DNA of 64,000 nucleotides from Escherichia coli 042 (GTDB lineage Bacteria; Pseudomonadota; Gammaproteobacteria; Enterobacterales; Enterobacteriaceae): NCBI RefSeq assembly GCF_000027125.1, contig NC_017626.1; one strand, 5' to 3'. Shown piece by piece: positions 1 to 11,626 of this stretch (position 1 is its first letter; each line of letters starts with the position of its first letter). The notes under the pieces were generated by a model. It saw only the letters and a program-made list of their open reading frames with translations, ran no database searches and was not told where the DNA came from. The position numbers and the translations under genes were made by a program.

Positions 1-440
<440 letters not shown>

Positions 441-828
441 CTATCCACGGGACGATCCCCTGCGTGACATTCACATATATGAAAAAATCGTGCCAGTTTT
501 GCAACTCATTGATTTATCGAGATGCGGTAAAAACGTGATGCACGATTTATAGGGCAATACCCTGAAGATGCACCATTCTGGGGCACCAAACTGGTGCGCT
601 AAAATTGTGCACTCAACACAGTGATTATTTAGCGTAAAACCTGATGAAAAAACAATCTTTATGTAACGATTGTGTGATGATGTGGATACAAAAAATTTAC
701 TTAATCAGCTGGAGATAGCAGATGGATGCACTAAATAAGTGCGTTGAGGCGGGCTGCAAAACAAAACGGCCTCCTGTCAGGAAGCCGCTTTTATCGGGTA
801 CTAAAGTTCTGCACCATCAGCGATGGAT

Positions 829-1476
<648 letters not shown>

Positions 1477-1592
1477 TTAGGTATATTGATAAGAACAATT
1501 CTTATTTATTTGCTCGCCAGGAATTTTCGGAATAAATATGCTTTTGCATAATTCGATATATAAAGAATGTGTAGAGGAAAAGTAGCGAGAAA

Positions 1593-1622
1593 TTCTGCAT
1601 GGTTATGCATAACCATGCAGAA
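1593..1622. repeat. Perfect 30-bp palindrome (ttctgcatggttatg/cataaccatgcagaa), likely rhtA terminator hairpin
   Basis: Exact reverse-complement symmetry read from the sequence; lies 9 bp downstream of the rhtA stop and is followed on the minus strand by a U-rich stretch. Confidence 0.6.
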
Positions 1623-1630
1623 GTGTAAAT

Positions 1631-2518
1631 TTAATTAATGTCTAATTCTTTTATTTTGCTCTCTTTGCGTACTGTCAGCGTAGAACCCATTGAAGCGGCG
1701 ATGATAGCGCCGAGCGCCAGCAGCTGTATGGGTGTCAGTGTTTCTCCGAGGAAAATCATCCCGGAAACGGCAGCCAGCGCCGGTTCCATGCTCATCAGCG
1801 TACCAAATGTCCGCGTTGGCAAACGGGTGAGGGCAATCATTTCCAGCGAATAAGGCAGAGCGGTCGAGAGAATAGCGACAGCCAGACCCAATGGAATAAC
1901 CGACCAGTGCCAGAGTGCTTCACCAGCCTGAAGCGCTCCAATTGGCACGAAAATTAACGCTGCAATCAACGAACCAATTGCCACCGTCGCAGGGCCATGT
2001 TCCGCTCCTGCGCGTTGCCCACTTAAAATGTAAATAGCCCAACAAGCCCCGGCCCCCAGTGCCAGCGCACAGCCGGTTAAATCGACATGGGAAACGTCTT
2101 GCCCCAGCGGTAGCAGGAACCACAGACCAAGAACCGCCAGCACAACCCAGACGAAATCTACCGGGCGACGAGAAGAGAACAGCGCCACCGCCAGTGGTCC
2201 GGTGAACTCCAGCGCCACCGCAATACCCAGCGGTACCGTCTGAATAGAAAGATAAAAAAGATAATTCATCCCACCCAGCGAAACGCCGTAAAACAACAGC
2301 GGTAATCGTTGCTCTTTGGCAAAGCGCAGTCGCCATGGCTTAAAGAACGCGATGAGGATAAGCGTTCCTAATGCCAGACGCAGCGCAGTGACACCCGGTG
2401 CACCCACCAGAGGAAAAAGTGACTTAGCTAACGAGGCTCCACCCTGAATAGACGCCATGGCGACGAGCAATATGACTATTGGTAACCAGACCGGCATTTT
2501 ACGTAATGAACCAGGCAT
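1631..2518 (-). CDS. rhtA: Threonine/homoserine exporter RhtA (DMT family, 295 aa)
   Basis: ORF 1631..2530(-); translation from MPGSLRKMPVWLPIVILLVAMASIQGG matches remembered RhtA; multi-pass membrane protein. Confidence 0.92.
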   Translation of the reverse strand: MPGSLRKMPVWLPIVILLVAMASIQGGASLAKSLFPLVGAPGVTALRLALGTLILIAFFKPWRLRFAKEQRLPLLFYGVSLGGMNYLFYLSIQTVPLGIAVALEFTGPLAVALFSSRRPVDFVWVVLAVLGLWFLLPLGQDVSHVDLTGCALALGAGACWAIYILSGQRAGAEHGPATVAIGSLIAALIFVPIGALQAGEALWHWSVIPLGLAVAILSTALPYSLEMIALTRLPTRTFGTLMSMEPALAAVSGMIFLGETLTPIQLLALGAIIAASMGSTLTVRKESKIKELDIN

Positions 2519-2870
2519 CCTTTCTCCCACAAATATCTAAACCTAAGTAAAGCGTGGAGTGTACTGGATATACCCAATGCTGGTTGAGCATTTGTTGAAA
2601 AAATTTCCCCCCGTTTTGACTAAAATGCGCCAGGATTGATGGAATCATTAGTCTGATGATTAGGAATAATCTGGATGAATGACAGGGAAAACATGCGTAA
2701 TACTTACGCAGTTCTCTGAAAAAGTGATTTAAATTTAGATGGATAGCGGTGTATGGAAACGTTCTGTTACATGAAATGGCCCGTTAGACATCACAAATCG
2801 CGAAGAGTTTCCCATTAATTTTTGATATATTTAAAACTTAGGACTTATTTGAATCACATTTGAGGTGGTT

Positions 2871-3386
2871 ATGAAAAAAATTGCATGTCTTTCAGCACTG
2901 GCCGCAGTTCTGGCTTTCACCGCAGGTACTTCCGTAGCTGCGACTTCTACCGTAACTGGCGGTTACGCACAGAGCGACGCTCAGGGCCAAATGAACAAAA
3001 TGGGCGGTTTCAACCTGAAATACCGCTATGAAGAAGACAACAGCCCGCTGGGTGTGATCGGTTCTTTCACTTACACCGAGAAAAGCCGTACTGCAAGCTC
3101 TGGTGACTACAACAAAAACCAGTACTACGGCATCACTGCTGGTCCGGCTTACCGCATTAACGACTGGGCAAGCATCTACGGTGTAGTGGGTGTGGGTTAT
3201 GGTAAATTCCAGACCACTGAATACCCGACCTACAAACACGACACCAGCGACTACGGTTTCTCCTACGGTGCTGGTCTGCAGTTCAACCCGATGGAAAACG
3301 TTGCTCTGGACTTCTCTTACGAGCAGAGCCGTATTCGTAGCGTTGACGTAGGCACCTGGATTGCCGGTGTTGGTTACCGCTTCTAA
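2871..3386 (+). CDS. ompX: Outer membrane protein X (171 aa)
   Basis: MKKIACLSALAAVLAFTAGTSVAATSTVTGGYAQSD...GVGYRF matches remembered OmpX; signal peptide and terminal aromatic residue. Confidence 0.96.
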   Translation: MKKIACLSALAAVLAFTAGTSVAATSTVTGGYAQSDAQGQMNKMGGFNLKYRYEEDNSPLGVIGSFTYTEKSRTASSGDYNKNQYYGITAGPAYRINDWASIYGVVGVGYGKFQTTEYPTYKHDTSDYGFSYGAGLQFNPMENVALDFSYEQSRIRSVDVGTWIAGVGYRF

Positions 3387-3401
3387 TCACTTCGGTGATA
3401 T

Positions 3402-3436
3402 AAAAAATCCGCCTCTCGGGGCGGATTTTTTGTTTT
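3402..3436. terminator. Bidirectional rho-independent terminator between convergent ompX and opgE
   Basis: A-run, stem atccgcc/ggcggat with loop tctcgg, then T-run (aaaaaatccgcctctcggggcggattttttgtttt). Confidence 0.75.
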
Positions 3437-5018
3437 AAGGTTTCGGGTCGAAAATATCGGTTCCGAGATGGTTGTAATCCACCTTCTGTAACTGGAAGTT
3501 GGTGATGTATATCGGCCCGGCTTTCTTCTCAGATATAAACGGGTATTTGATGTTAATTTCCTTCGCTTTAATTCCCGTCCACTGGGAGAAAAAGCCTAAG
3601 AAGTCATTGGCAGAGCGGCGGGCTTTAATCACCCGATGCGCTTTATCGTCGCTCGAAATGACCATAAAAGGCACCTGGAAATTTTGCTGATATTTATCAT
3701 CATGGGCAAGGTATTGCACGTCTTTGCCGCGCTCTTTAAAGGCCAGACCGTGGTCAGAAAAGTAAACCAGCGAGAAGCTACTGCCGCTGTTGCGTAACTG
3801 ATCGTACAGCTTACGCAATAAATCGTCCGTTTGCGTCATGGTATAGAGATAGCACGACGTTTCTTTCGATTGCACAAAGGTTTCGTATTTGCCTTGTGTC
3901 CGGTCGCAGGCCTGCGGATGTGAGCCCATCAGATGTAAAACAATCAGCTGCGGTTGCGAGTGCTCTTGCGCCAGCACTTGAGCGGTCATATCCAGTAACG
4001 CTTCGTCTTTCGTGTTTTTATCTGCTTCAAAATTACCTTCTTTCAGGAAGTACACTTCATCTGCACGTTTGGCGATGCTGGCGATGGCGGTATCGTATTC
4101 GCCGATTTGACCCTGGTTGGAAAACCACCAGGTCTGGAAGCCCGCGCGATTTGCTAGGGTGACAAAGTTATCCTGAAACTGTGGTTTGCCATCGACTACG
4201 CGATTGAGCGTTAAGCCAAGCGATTTCTGCGTGGAGCCACTGGCGGCAATGTAGTCAGCAAATATCAAACCGTTAACACTGCTGGCAAACGGGGTATTGT
4301 TCCAGTGACCGCCAAAGGCACCGAGGGCATCGCGACGCGCGCTTTCACCGATCACCACCACATAGGTCTGATATTTCGGCTTAACGGCAGTGACCGTCCA
4401 GGTATCTTTCATTCCGGAAAGTTTTGCCATCCGTTCTTGCTCTTCAATCACCTCGTTATTATTGACGATGACATCCTTAGCAAAACGAAATACCGGATAG
4501 CCAGTATCTTTCAGTTTAAATACGCCGCCCCAGGCCAGGTTTTGCACGGGAGCAACAAAAAATGTCGCCACACTGAATACCAGACACAGGCTGTCGAAGG
4601 TATTCCAGCGCGCTTTTTCACTCTCTTTTTTTCGCCGGATTGCTATTACGCCGAGCGCAAAAATAAATAAGCCGACCAGGTAGCTGTACCACGGAAAAAT
4701 CGTCAGGATTTCGGTCGACTCTTCCATATTGGTGGAGTGCAATGCCAGCAATGTATTGAAATTAGGCGCGCCGTAGGCCTGAGCAAAAGGGAAATAACAA
4801 GCCGCCACCAGCGAACTGACACCGACCAGAACTTTTTGTACGCCAGGCAATGTTCGCCATAGCAAAAGCAAAATAGTCGTAAATGCGGCGGTGTAGAGCA
4901 AACTGAAGGGGTAACCTAAGCCGAGGTTAATTAATAGCGACTGTAAAAAGTAGAACGCAGTCCACGGGCTAAATACCCGGCTACGGGTAACAAGCGATTC
5001 TTTGAGGGTTAAATTCAT
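3435..5018 (-). CDS. opgE: Phosphoethanolamine transferase OpgE (YbiP), 527 aa
   Basis: ORF 3435..5018(-), MNLTLKESLVTRSRVF...; N-terminal membrane helices plus sulfatase-like domain; remembered as ybiP/opgE next to ompX. Confidence 0.88.
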   Translation of the reverse strand: MNLTLKESLVTRSRVFSPWTAFYFLQSLLINLGLGYPFSLLYTAAFTTILLLLWRTLPGVQKVLVGVSSLVAACYFPFAQAYGAPNFNTLLALHSTNMEESTEILTIFPWYSYLVGLFIFALGVIAIRRKKESEKARWNTFDSLCLVFSVATFFVAPVQNLAWGGVFKLKDTGYPVFRFAKDVIVNNNEVIEEQERMAKLSGMKDTWTVTAVKPKYQTYVVVIGESARRDALGAFGGHWNNTPFASSVNGLIFADYIAASGSTQKSLGLTLNRVVDGKPQFQDNFVTLANRAGFQTWWFSNQGQIGEYDTAIASIAKRADEVYFLKEGNFEADKNTKDEALLDMTAQVLAQEHSQPQLIVLHLMGSHPQACDRTQGKYETFVQSKETSCYLYTMTQTDDLLRKLYDQLRNSGSSFSLVYFSDHGLAFKERGKDVQYLAHDDKYQQNFQVPFMVISSDDKAHRVIKARRSANDFLGFFSQWTGIKAKEINIKYPFISEKKAGPIYITNFQLQKVDYNHLGTDIFDPKP

Positions 5019-5289
5019 ATGCCACTATCGTAACAAACGCCATGTGCTTACCCTGGCGTCAAGGGTTAATACCTGCAAGAGTGCGTGAAGAGGGGAAAGG
5101 GGTCCGCATCCGCGAGCCGCAATATACGCAGGGCTGCAAGAAGATAGAGCGAGCTGCCGTTCAGGTCAACTACTGACGAACAAATCTTTTGCGAAGGGGA
5201 TTGCAAATCCGACAAAAAGTGGGGTTTTTCAGACCAAAACGCGTCGTGCCTGCATAAAAGCAGGAGTGAAGCGGCGTACCGCGACGCCG

Positions 5290-5418
5290 CTATTTATCGG
5301 AAGGTTTATCTTGCTGCGGTTTGTTGTTGACCATATCGCACAACATAGAGAGCAGCATTAACCGTACTTTAAAGGGAGAATGACTAAACACGCGCATACA
5401 CCTCTTGAACTCATTCAT
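5290..5418 (-). CDS. mntS: Small protein MntS (42 aa), encoded within the RybA sRNA locus
   Basis: Reverse complement of 5290-5418 translates MNEFKRCMRVFSHSPFKVRLMLLSMLCDMVNNKPQQDKPSDK*, my own translation; matches remembered MntS. Not in the supplied ORF track (too short). Confidence 0.85.
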   Translation of the reverse strand: MNEFKRCMRVFSHSPFKVRLMLLSMLCDMVNNKPQQDKPSDK

Positions 5419-5476
5419 AAGACCTCCTGACTTGCTAATCCCGTCGATCCTTGAGGGATGATTGCATTACATACAG

Positions 5477-5505
5477 ATATAGCACAGGCTATATTATATA
5501 GCTAT
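5477..5505. promoter_or_regulatory. Candidate MntR operator(s) upstream of mntS
   Basis: Palindrome atatagc-acag-gctatat (5477-5494) and adjacent atatagctat (5496-5505), 60-90 bp upstream of the mntS ATG; resembles the MntR box. Confidence 0.5.
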
Positions 5506-5603
5506 TGCTAAAACGTTAATTTTTTGTACCTTTGCAACTCTGGTTTACAATGTGCGCACGAAATGAGAACGCTATGTATGCGTCACCATAATGAGGAAGC
5601 ACA

Positions 5604-6071
5604 ATGAGTCGTCGCGCAGGTACGCCAACAGCAAAAAAAGTGACGCAGTTAGTGAACGTGGAAGAGCACGTTGAAGGGTTCCGCCAGGTCAGAGAGGCGC
5701 ATCGGCGCGAGCTTATTGATGATTACGTTGAGCTAATTTCTGACTTGATCAGGGAAGTGGGGGAAGCTCGTCAGGTGGACATGGCTGCTCGTCTGGGGGT
5801 TTCGCAACCGACGGTGGCGAAAATGCTTAAGCGGCTGGCAACCATGGGGCTGATTGAAATGATCCCCTGGCGTGGCGTGTTTTTAACGGCAGAAGGAGAG
5901 AAACTGGCGCAGGAAAGCCGCGAGCGACATCAGATAGTCGAAAATTTCTTGTTGGTGTTGGGCGTCAGTCCGGAAATCGCCCGTCGCGACGCGGAAGGCA
6001 TGGAGCACCATGTTAGTGAAGAGACGCTGGATGCCTTTCGTTTGTTTACCCAGAAACACGGTGCCAAATGA
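5604..6071 (+). CDS. mntR: Manganese-responsive transcriptional regulator MntR (DtxR family, 155 aa)
   Basis: [71 protein letters not shown]...; HTH plus metal-binding domain. Confidence 0.95.
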
Positions 6072-7186
6072 GCCTGCCTTTTTTACGCACGCTGCAAGGC
6101 GATCGTTTTTTTCAGTTATTAATTCTTGTTGGCATCGGATTAAGTTTTTTCGTTCCCTTTGCACCGAAATCCTGGCCTGCTGCTATCGACTGGCACACCA
6201 TCATCACCTTAAGCGGCCTGATGCTGCTGACCAAAGGTGTGGAGCTAAGCGGTTATTTTGATGTGCTGGGGCGCAAAATGGTGCGCCGCTTTGCTACGGA
6301 GCGTCGGCTGGCGATGTTTATGGTGCTGGCGGCGGCGCTGCTTTCTACCTTTCTGACCAACGATGTCGCGCTGTTTATAGTTGTTCCGCTGACTATCACG
6401 CTAAAAAGACTGTGTGAGATCCCGGTTAATCGGCTGATTATTTTTGAGGCGCTGGCAGTCAACGCTGGTTCGCTACTGACGCCAATTGGCAACCCGCAAA
6501 ATATTCTTATCTGGGGACGTTCTGGTCTTTCGTTTGCCGGATTTATTGCCCAAATGGCACCGCTGGCTGGCGCAATGATGCTGACGTTCCTGCTCCTGTG
6601 CTGGTGTTGTTTCCCTGGAAAGGCGCTGCAATACCATACGGGGGTGCAAACGCCGGAGTGGAAACCGCGGCTGGTGTGGAGTTGTCTGGGGCTGTATATC
6701 GTCTTTCTGATGGCGCTGGAGTTAAAACAAGAGCTGTGGGGACTGGTGATTGTGGCGGTGGGCTTTACGCTGCTGGCACGTCGCGTGGTGCTCAGTGTGG
6801 ACTGGACGCTGCTGCTGGTGTTTATGGCGATGTTTATCGACGTCCATTTACTAACCCAACTGCCAGCTTTGCAGGGGGTGTTAAGTAACGTGAGTCATTT
6901 ATCCGAACCCGGATTATGGTTAACGGCGATTGGTTTATCACAGGTGATCAGTAACGTGCCGAGTACCATATTGTTGCTGAACTATGTGCCGCCGTCGTTG
7001 CTGCTGGCATGGGCGGTAAACGTGGGGGGCTTTGGTTTATTACCCGGATCGCTGGCAAATTTGATTGCGTTACGGATGGCGAACGATCGCCGTATCTGGT
7101 GGCGTTTCCATCTCTATTCAATACCGATGCTGTTGTGGGCGGCGCTGGTGGGATACGTTTTATTCGTTATGCTCCCGGCCTGGTAA
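6068..7186 (+). CDS. ybiR: Putative inner-membrane transporter YbiR (372 aa)
   Basis: ATG overlaps the mntR stop (ATGA); polytopic hydrophobic protein; K-12 order mntR-ybiR. Confidence 0.88.
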
Positions 7187-7244
7187 GGTCTGGCCAAATA
7201 AAAAAGGCGGATGATGAGTCCGCCTCTGTTTTACGTTTTCACGA

Positions 7245-8165
7245 TTAATTCAGACGAACCGGCATCCCGGAACGATTTTTGATCGCTTCATCCAGAACAA
7301 CCTGGTCAACATCAGGCTGACCGGTCACTGTCTGCACACTCTTCGTCAGGGTAATTGGCACAATTTCCTGACCTTCAAACTGGGCTTCGGTGGTAGACAG
7401 CGGGTTATGGACTTCAATATAACGGCTGCCGTCTGGCTCGGTGGTCGCTTTTACCGGCTCATCAATAAACTGTACGCGGGTACCGACCGGCACTTTCTCG
7501 AACAGGAATTTGATGTCTTCGTTACGCAGACGCACACAACCATGACTTACGCGCAGGCCGATACCGAAGTTGGCGTTGGTGCCATGGATTGCGTACAGGC
7601 GACCGATGTAGAGTGCATACAGACCCATCGGGTTATCCGGACCTGCCGGAACGACAGCCGGAAGCGGTTCGCCCGCAGCGCGGTACTCTGCGTGCATTTT
7701 AGCGGTTGGCGTCCAGGTCGGGCCTGCTTTCTTACGCTCAACTTTGGTGGTCCAGTTGATAGGCGTGTCTTTGCCTAACTGACCAATGCCGATCGGCAGC
7801 ACGATAACGGTGTTGGTCCCTTTCGGATAGTAATACAGACGCATCTCTGCACTGTTAATGACGATGCCTTCATGAACGGTATCCGGCAGGATCAGCTGCT
7901 GCGGAATGTTCAGTACAGTACCGCCTTTCGGCAGGAAGGTATCCACACCCGGGTTCGCTTCCATCATATTGGAAAGCCCCATCTGGTACTCGGCGGCAAA
8001 ATACTCCAGCGGCTGAGTGTTACCTTCAGGAATGGTGATCACCTGATTCTGACCAACCAGGCGACTCCCGTCGGTTGGCAGAGGATAAGTTACCGCAGAG
8101 GCGGTACTGCAAAAGCCGACAACAGCGAAGGCCGCTGCGAATAATGTTTTCAATTTCATATTCAT
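7245..8165 (-). CDS. ldtB: L,D-transpeptidase LdtB (YbiS), 306 aa
   Basis: [24 protein letters not shown] signal peptide; YkuD-type active-site context ...[13 protein letters not shown].... Confidence 0.92.
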
Positions 8166-8383
8166 GTTAAGCGAGATTTTGTGCCTGGCAGGCCATTGGG
8201 TTGAGAATATTAGAGTATTGGAAGCGCATTATAAGTTCATTCCAGCTCACAGTGAAATCAGATGTGTACGAAATCACATTTTTTGCCTTTGGCTTGAGTG
8301 TAGACCTTAAGCGAGGAGCAGGATCTTCTTTCAGACTTATGGCATAATGCGCGGTTTGTCATATCTCTTTTCAGGATACGCCT

Positions 8384-9976
8384 GTGTTAGTTTCCAGTAA
8401 CGTCACCATGCAGTTCGGCAGTAAGCCGTTGTTTGAAAACATTTCCGTCAAATTTGGCGGCGGCAACCGTTACGGCCTGATTGGCGCGAACGGTAGTGGT
8501 AAATCCACCTTTATGAAGATCCTCGGCGGCGACTTAGAGCCGACGTTGGGTAACGTTTCCCTCGATCCCAACGAGCGCATTGGTAAGCTGCGTCAGGATC
8601 AGTTTGCCTTTGAAGAGTTCACTGTGCTGGATACGGTGATCATGGGGCATAAAGAATTGTGGGAAGTGAAGCAGGAGCGTGACCGCATCTATGCTTTGCC
8701 GGAAATGAGTGAGGAAGACGGCTATAAAGTGGCCGATCTGGAAGTGAAATACGGCGAAATGGACGGTTACTCTGCGGAAGCTCGCGCCGGTGAACTGTTG
8801 CTTGGCGTGGGAATTCCAGTGGAACAGCACTACGGCCCGATGAGTGAAGTTGCTCCTGGCTGGAAGCTGCGTGTGCTGCTGGCGCAGGCGCTGTTTGCTG
8901 ATCCGGACATTCTCCTGCTCGACGAACCGACCAACAACCTCGACATCGACACCATTCGCTGGCTGGAACAGGTGCTGAACGAGCGTGACAGCACCATGAT
9001 CATCATCTCGCACGACCGTCACTTCCTTAACATGGTTTGTACCCACATGGCGGATCTGGATTACGGCGAGCTCCGCGTTTATCCAGGTAACTACGATGAG
9101 TACATGACGGCGGCGACCCAGGCGCGTGAGCGTCTGCTGGCTGATAACGCCAAGAAGAAAGCGCAGATTGCTGAGCTGCAATCTTTCGTTAGCCGCTTTA
9201 GCGCCAACGCCTCGAAATCTCGCCAGGCAACTTCGCGCGCGCGCCAGATTGATAAAATCAAACTGGAAGAGGTGAAAGCCTCCAGCCGTCAGAACCCGTT
9301 CATCCGTTTTGAACAGGATAAGAAACTGTTCCGTAACGCGCTGGAAGTGGAAGGTCTGACCAAAGGGTTTGATAACGGTCCGCTGTTTAAAAATCTCAAC
9401 CTGCTGCTGGAAGTCGGTGAAAAACTGGCGGTACTGGGTACCAACGGCGTCGGTAAATCAACGCTGCTGAAAACGCTGGTGGGCGATCTGCAACCGGACA
9501 GCGGCACCGTAAAATGGTCTGAGAACGCGCGCATTGGTTACTACGCCCAGGACCATGAATATGAGTTCGAAAATGATCTGACCGTGTTCGAATGGATGAG
9601 CCAGTGGAAGCAGGAAGGCGATGACGAGCAGGCGGTACGCAGCATTCTCGGTCGTTTACTGTTCAGCCAGGACGACATCAAAAAGCCAGCGAAAGTGCTT
9701 TCCGGTGGGGAGAAAGGGCGGATGCTGTTTGGTAAGTTAATGATGCAGAAGCCGAACATTCTGATCATGGACGAACCAACCAACCACCTGGATATGGAAT
9801 CTATTGAGTCGCTGAACATGGCGCTGGAACTGTATCAGGGCACGCTGATCTTTGTTTCACACGACCGTGAGTTTGTAAGCTCCCTGGCGACCCGTATTCT
9901 GGAAATCACCCCGGAACGCGTGATCGACTTTAGCGGTAATTACGAAGATTACCTGCGTAGTAAAGGGATCGAGTAA
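8384..9976 (+). CDS. ybiT: ABC-F family ATPase YbiT (530 aa), GTG start
   Basis: Two ABC ATPase cassettes (GANGSGKST...LSGG... and GTNGVGKST...LSGGEKGR), no membrane domain; GTG at 8384-8386. Confidence 0.92.
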
Positions 9977-9984
9977 GTTATTAT

Positions 9985-10013
9985 CAGTAGCCCTGATATG
10001 GTCAGGGCTACTG
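9985..10013. terminator. 12-bp stem hairpin immediately downstream of ybiT (cagtagccctga-tatgg-tcagggctactg)
   Basis: Perfect inverted repeat read from the sequence 9 nt after the ybiT stop; no clear U-tract, so terminator function is uncertain. Confidence 0.4.
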
Positions 10014-10036
10014 AAACTGATGACAAATGCAAAATT

Positions 10037-10134
10037 GCCTGATGCGCTACGCTTATCAGGCCTGGCAGTACCTGTAATATATTGAATCTGCTGGACTTTG
10101 TAGGCCAGATAAGGCGTTAACACCGCATCAGGCA
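10037..10134. repeat. REP/BIME elements (two inverted REP-like units)
   Basis: gcctgatgcgctacgcttatcaggcc and taggccagataaggcgttaacaccgcatcaggc match the E. coli REP consensus pattern. Confidence 0.65.
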
Positions 10135-10215
10135 TTAACAAAGCGCACTTGTCAGCAATCTGAGTAACGTCGAATCGATTTTCTTAATCCCACATCAATT
10201 CACTTCCATTAACTC

Positions 10216-11475
10216 TCAAACATCCATGCCCAACGCTCGCTTACCGTGAATGTTGAGGTCGGCAAGCGTAAAGCGTCCTTCCCAGTTTGTTTCATAGTCC
10301 TCGCGCGGGAAGTCGCCCGGCGATGCGCCTTTTTCCAGTGCCATTTTGACTTTGTGTGCATAAGCCCGATTTTTCTCGCACATTGGCGCAGCAGGGATAT
10401 ACATCACGTTGCCCCAACCCTGTTGATTGTCTACTGGCGCGACGGAGTGAATCACATCGCAGTGCCACCAGACGGAATCCCCTGCTGTTATCGCGGGAAT
10501 GGAAGTCAGCGCTTTAAGCAGTAGTGGATGCCATTTCTCTGAAATGGGCAGAACTTTGCCAGGTGCAACCCCGCACAGTTCATCGTCCGGTACGTCATCC
10601 AGCAGCGGGCGCAATAAAACATACGCCATCGCTTCCGGGATAGGCACCACATGTAACAATCCCTGACCCGATAACATATCAGAGAGCGCCGTCCAGCCTT
10701 GAAACGTGCGGAACACCGAACATTTGGTAGTGTTATCTACCGTGTACTCTTCGACTTCGGTCCGGTGTGTAGCATCCCAGGGATCGTAATCATCGAAATT
10801 ACCATTAAACACATTGGCAAAAACGCGCTGATAAGCGGGTAATAACCACCGTTCCAGCGCACCAGAATCGGTATGTGCGCCCAGGCCTTTAGATGTGGTA
10901 CCTGGAGGGCGGCGGCGGATCCTGTCTGGATAAATTACACTGATATCAGGATCAAACCACTGTTTGCCGTTGCTTTCAGACGTCCACAGTCGGTTTAGAA
11001 AAGATTGCACAGCAGCCATATTTTCGCTCTGCCGCGCCTGCATCTGTGCTTGCGACCAGTAAATGGGATAGATTTCGGGACGAGAAGCCTCCAGCGAGCC
11101 GAAAAAACTGTCGCCAGGGCCTTTATAAACATCATCAAAATGATTGATATCAAGATAATCGAGCATGGCACGATCCCACGCCAGCGCCTGCTCGCGAGGG
11201 AAATGGCCTTTTATGACTGCACAGCCGCGACGCTTAATTTCATTGCGAGTGGCATCGCTTACTGTACCTGCGGCAATATCACTATAAGAAACTTCCGGCC
11301 AAACCGGCAGCCATTGCGCTTTTAGGGCATCGATTTCAGCAACACGCGTTTCGATTTTTGCAGAGAGTGTATCGAAAACCTGTTGCACATCACCGAGCTG
11401 TTCCCGCAGCGCAGCTTTCATCTCTCGGATAGCCGCTTTCGCATCTGTGGGCAGCGTCTCACAGGAAAAAGTCAT
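10216..11475 (-). CDS. ybiU: Uncharacterized DUF1479-family protein YbiU
   Basis: ORF 10216..11475(-), 419 aa MTFSCETLPTDAKAAIREMKAALREQLGD...; K-12 order ybiT-ybiU-ybiV. Confidence 0.85.
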   Translation of the reverse strand: MTFSCETLPTDAKAAIREMKAALREQLGDVQQVFDTLSAKIETRVAEIDALKAQWLPVWPEVSYSDIAAGTVSDATRNEIKRRGCAVIKGHFPREQALAWDRAMLDYLDINHFDDVYKGPGDSFFGSLEASRPEIYPIYWSQAQMQARQSENMAAVQSFLNRLWTSESNGKQWFDPDISVIYPDRIRRRPPGTTSKGLGAHTDSGALERWLLPAYQRVFANVFNGNFDDYDPWDATHRTEVEEYTVDNTTKCSVFRTFQGWTALSDMLSGQGLLHVVPIPEAMAYVLLRPLLDDVPDDELCGVAPGKVLPISEKWHPLLLKALTSIPAITAGDSVWWHCDVIHSVAPVDNQQGWGNVMYIPAAPMCEKNRAYAHKVKMALEKGASPGDFPREDYETNWEGRFTLADLNIHGKRALGMDV

Positions 11476-11626
11476 ATCAACCTCGCATCTTTCATTCGGA
11501 AGTAAAATGATTACGATTGATACATTAAGTTAAAAATAAGTTAACGCAAGATAAAAATCTTGAGTCAGTGCACAAAGCGAGCAAAAAGGAGAGAGGCCGA
11601 AGTGGTCACTTCGGCCAGGGGGAAGA

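Noticed and set aside
8534-9181. 215-aa minus-strand ORF inside ybiT, and similar antisense ORFs inside gsiA, gsiB, moeA, rimO, ybjS and others
   Set aside because: All lie entirely within confidently identified genes on the opposite strand; no SD or domain evidence.
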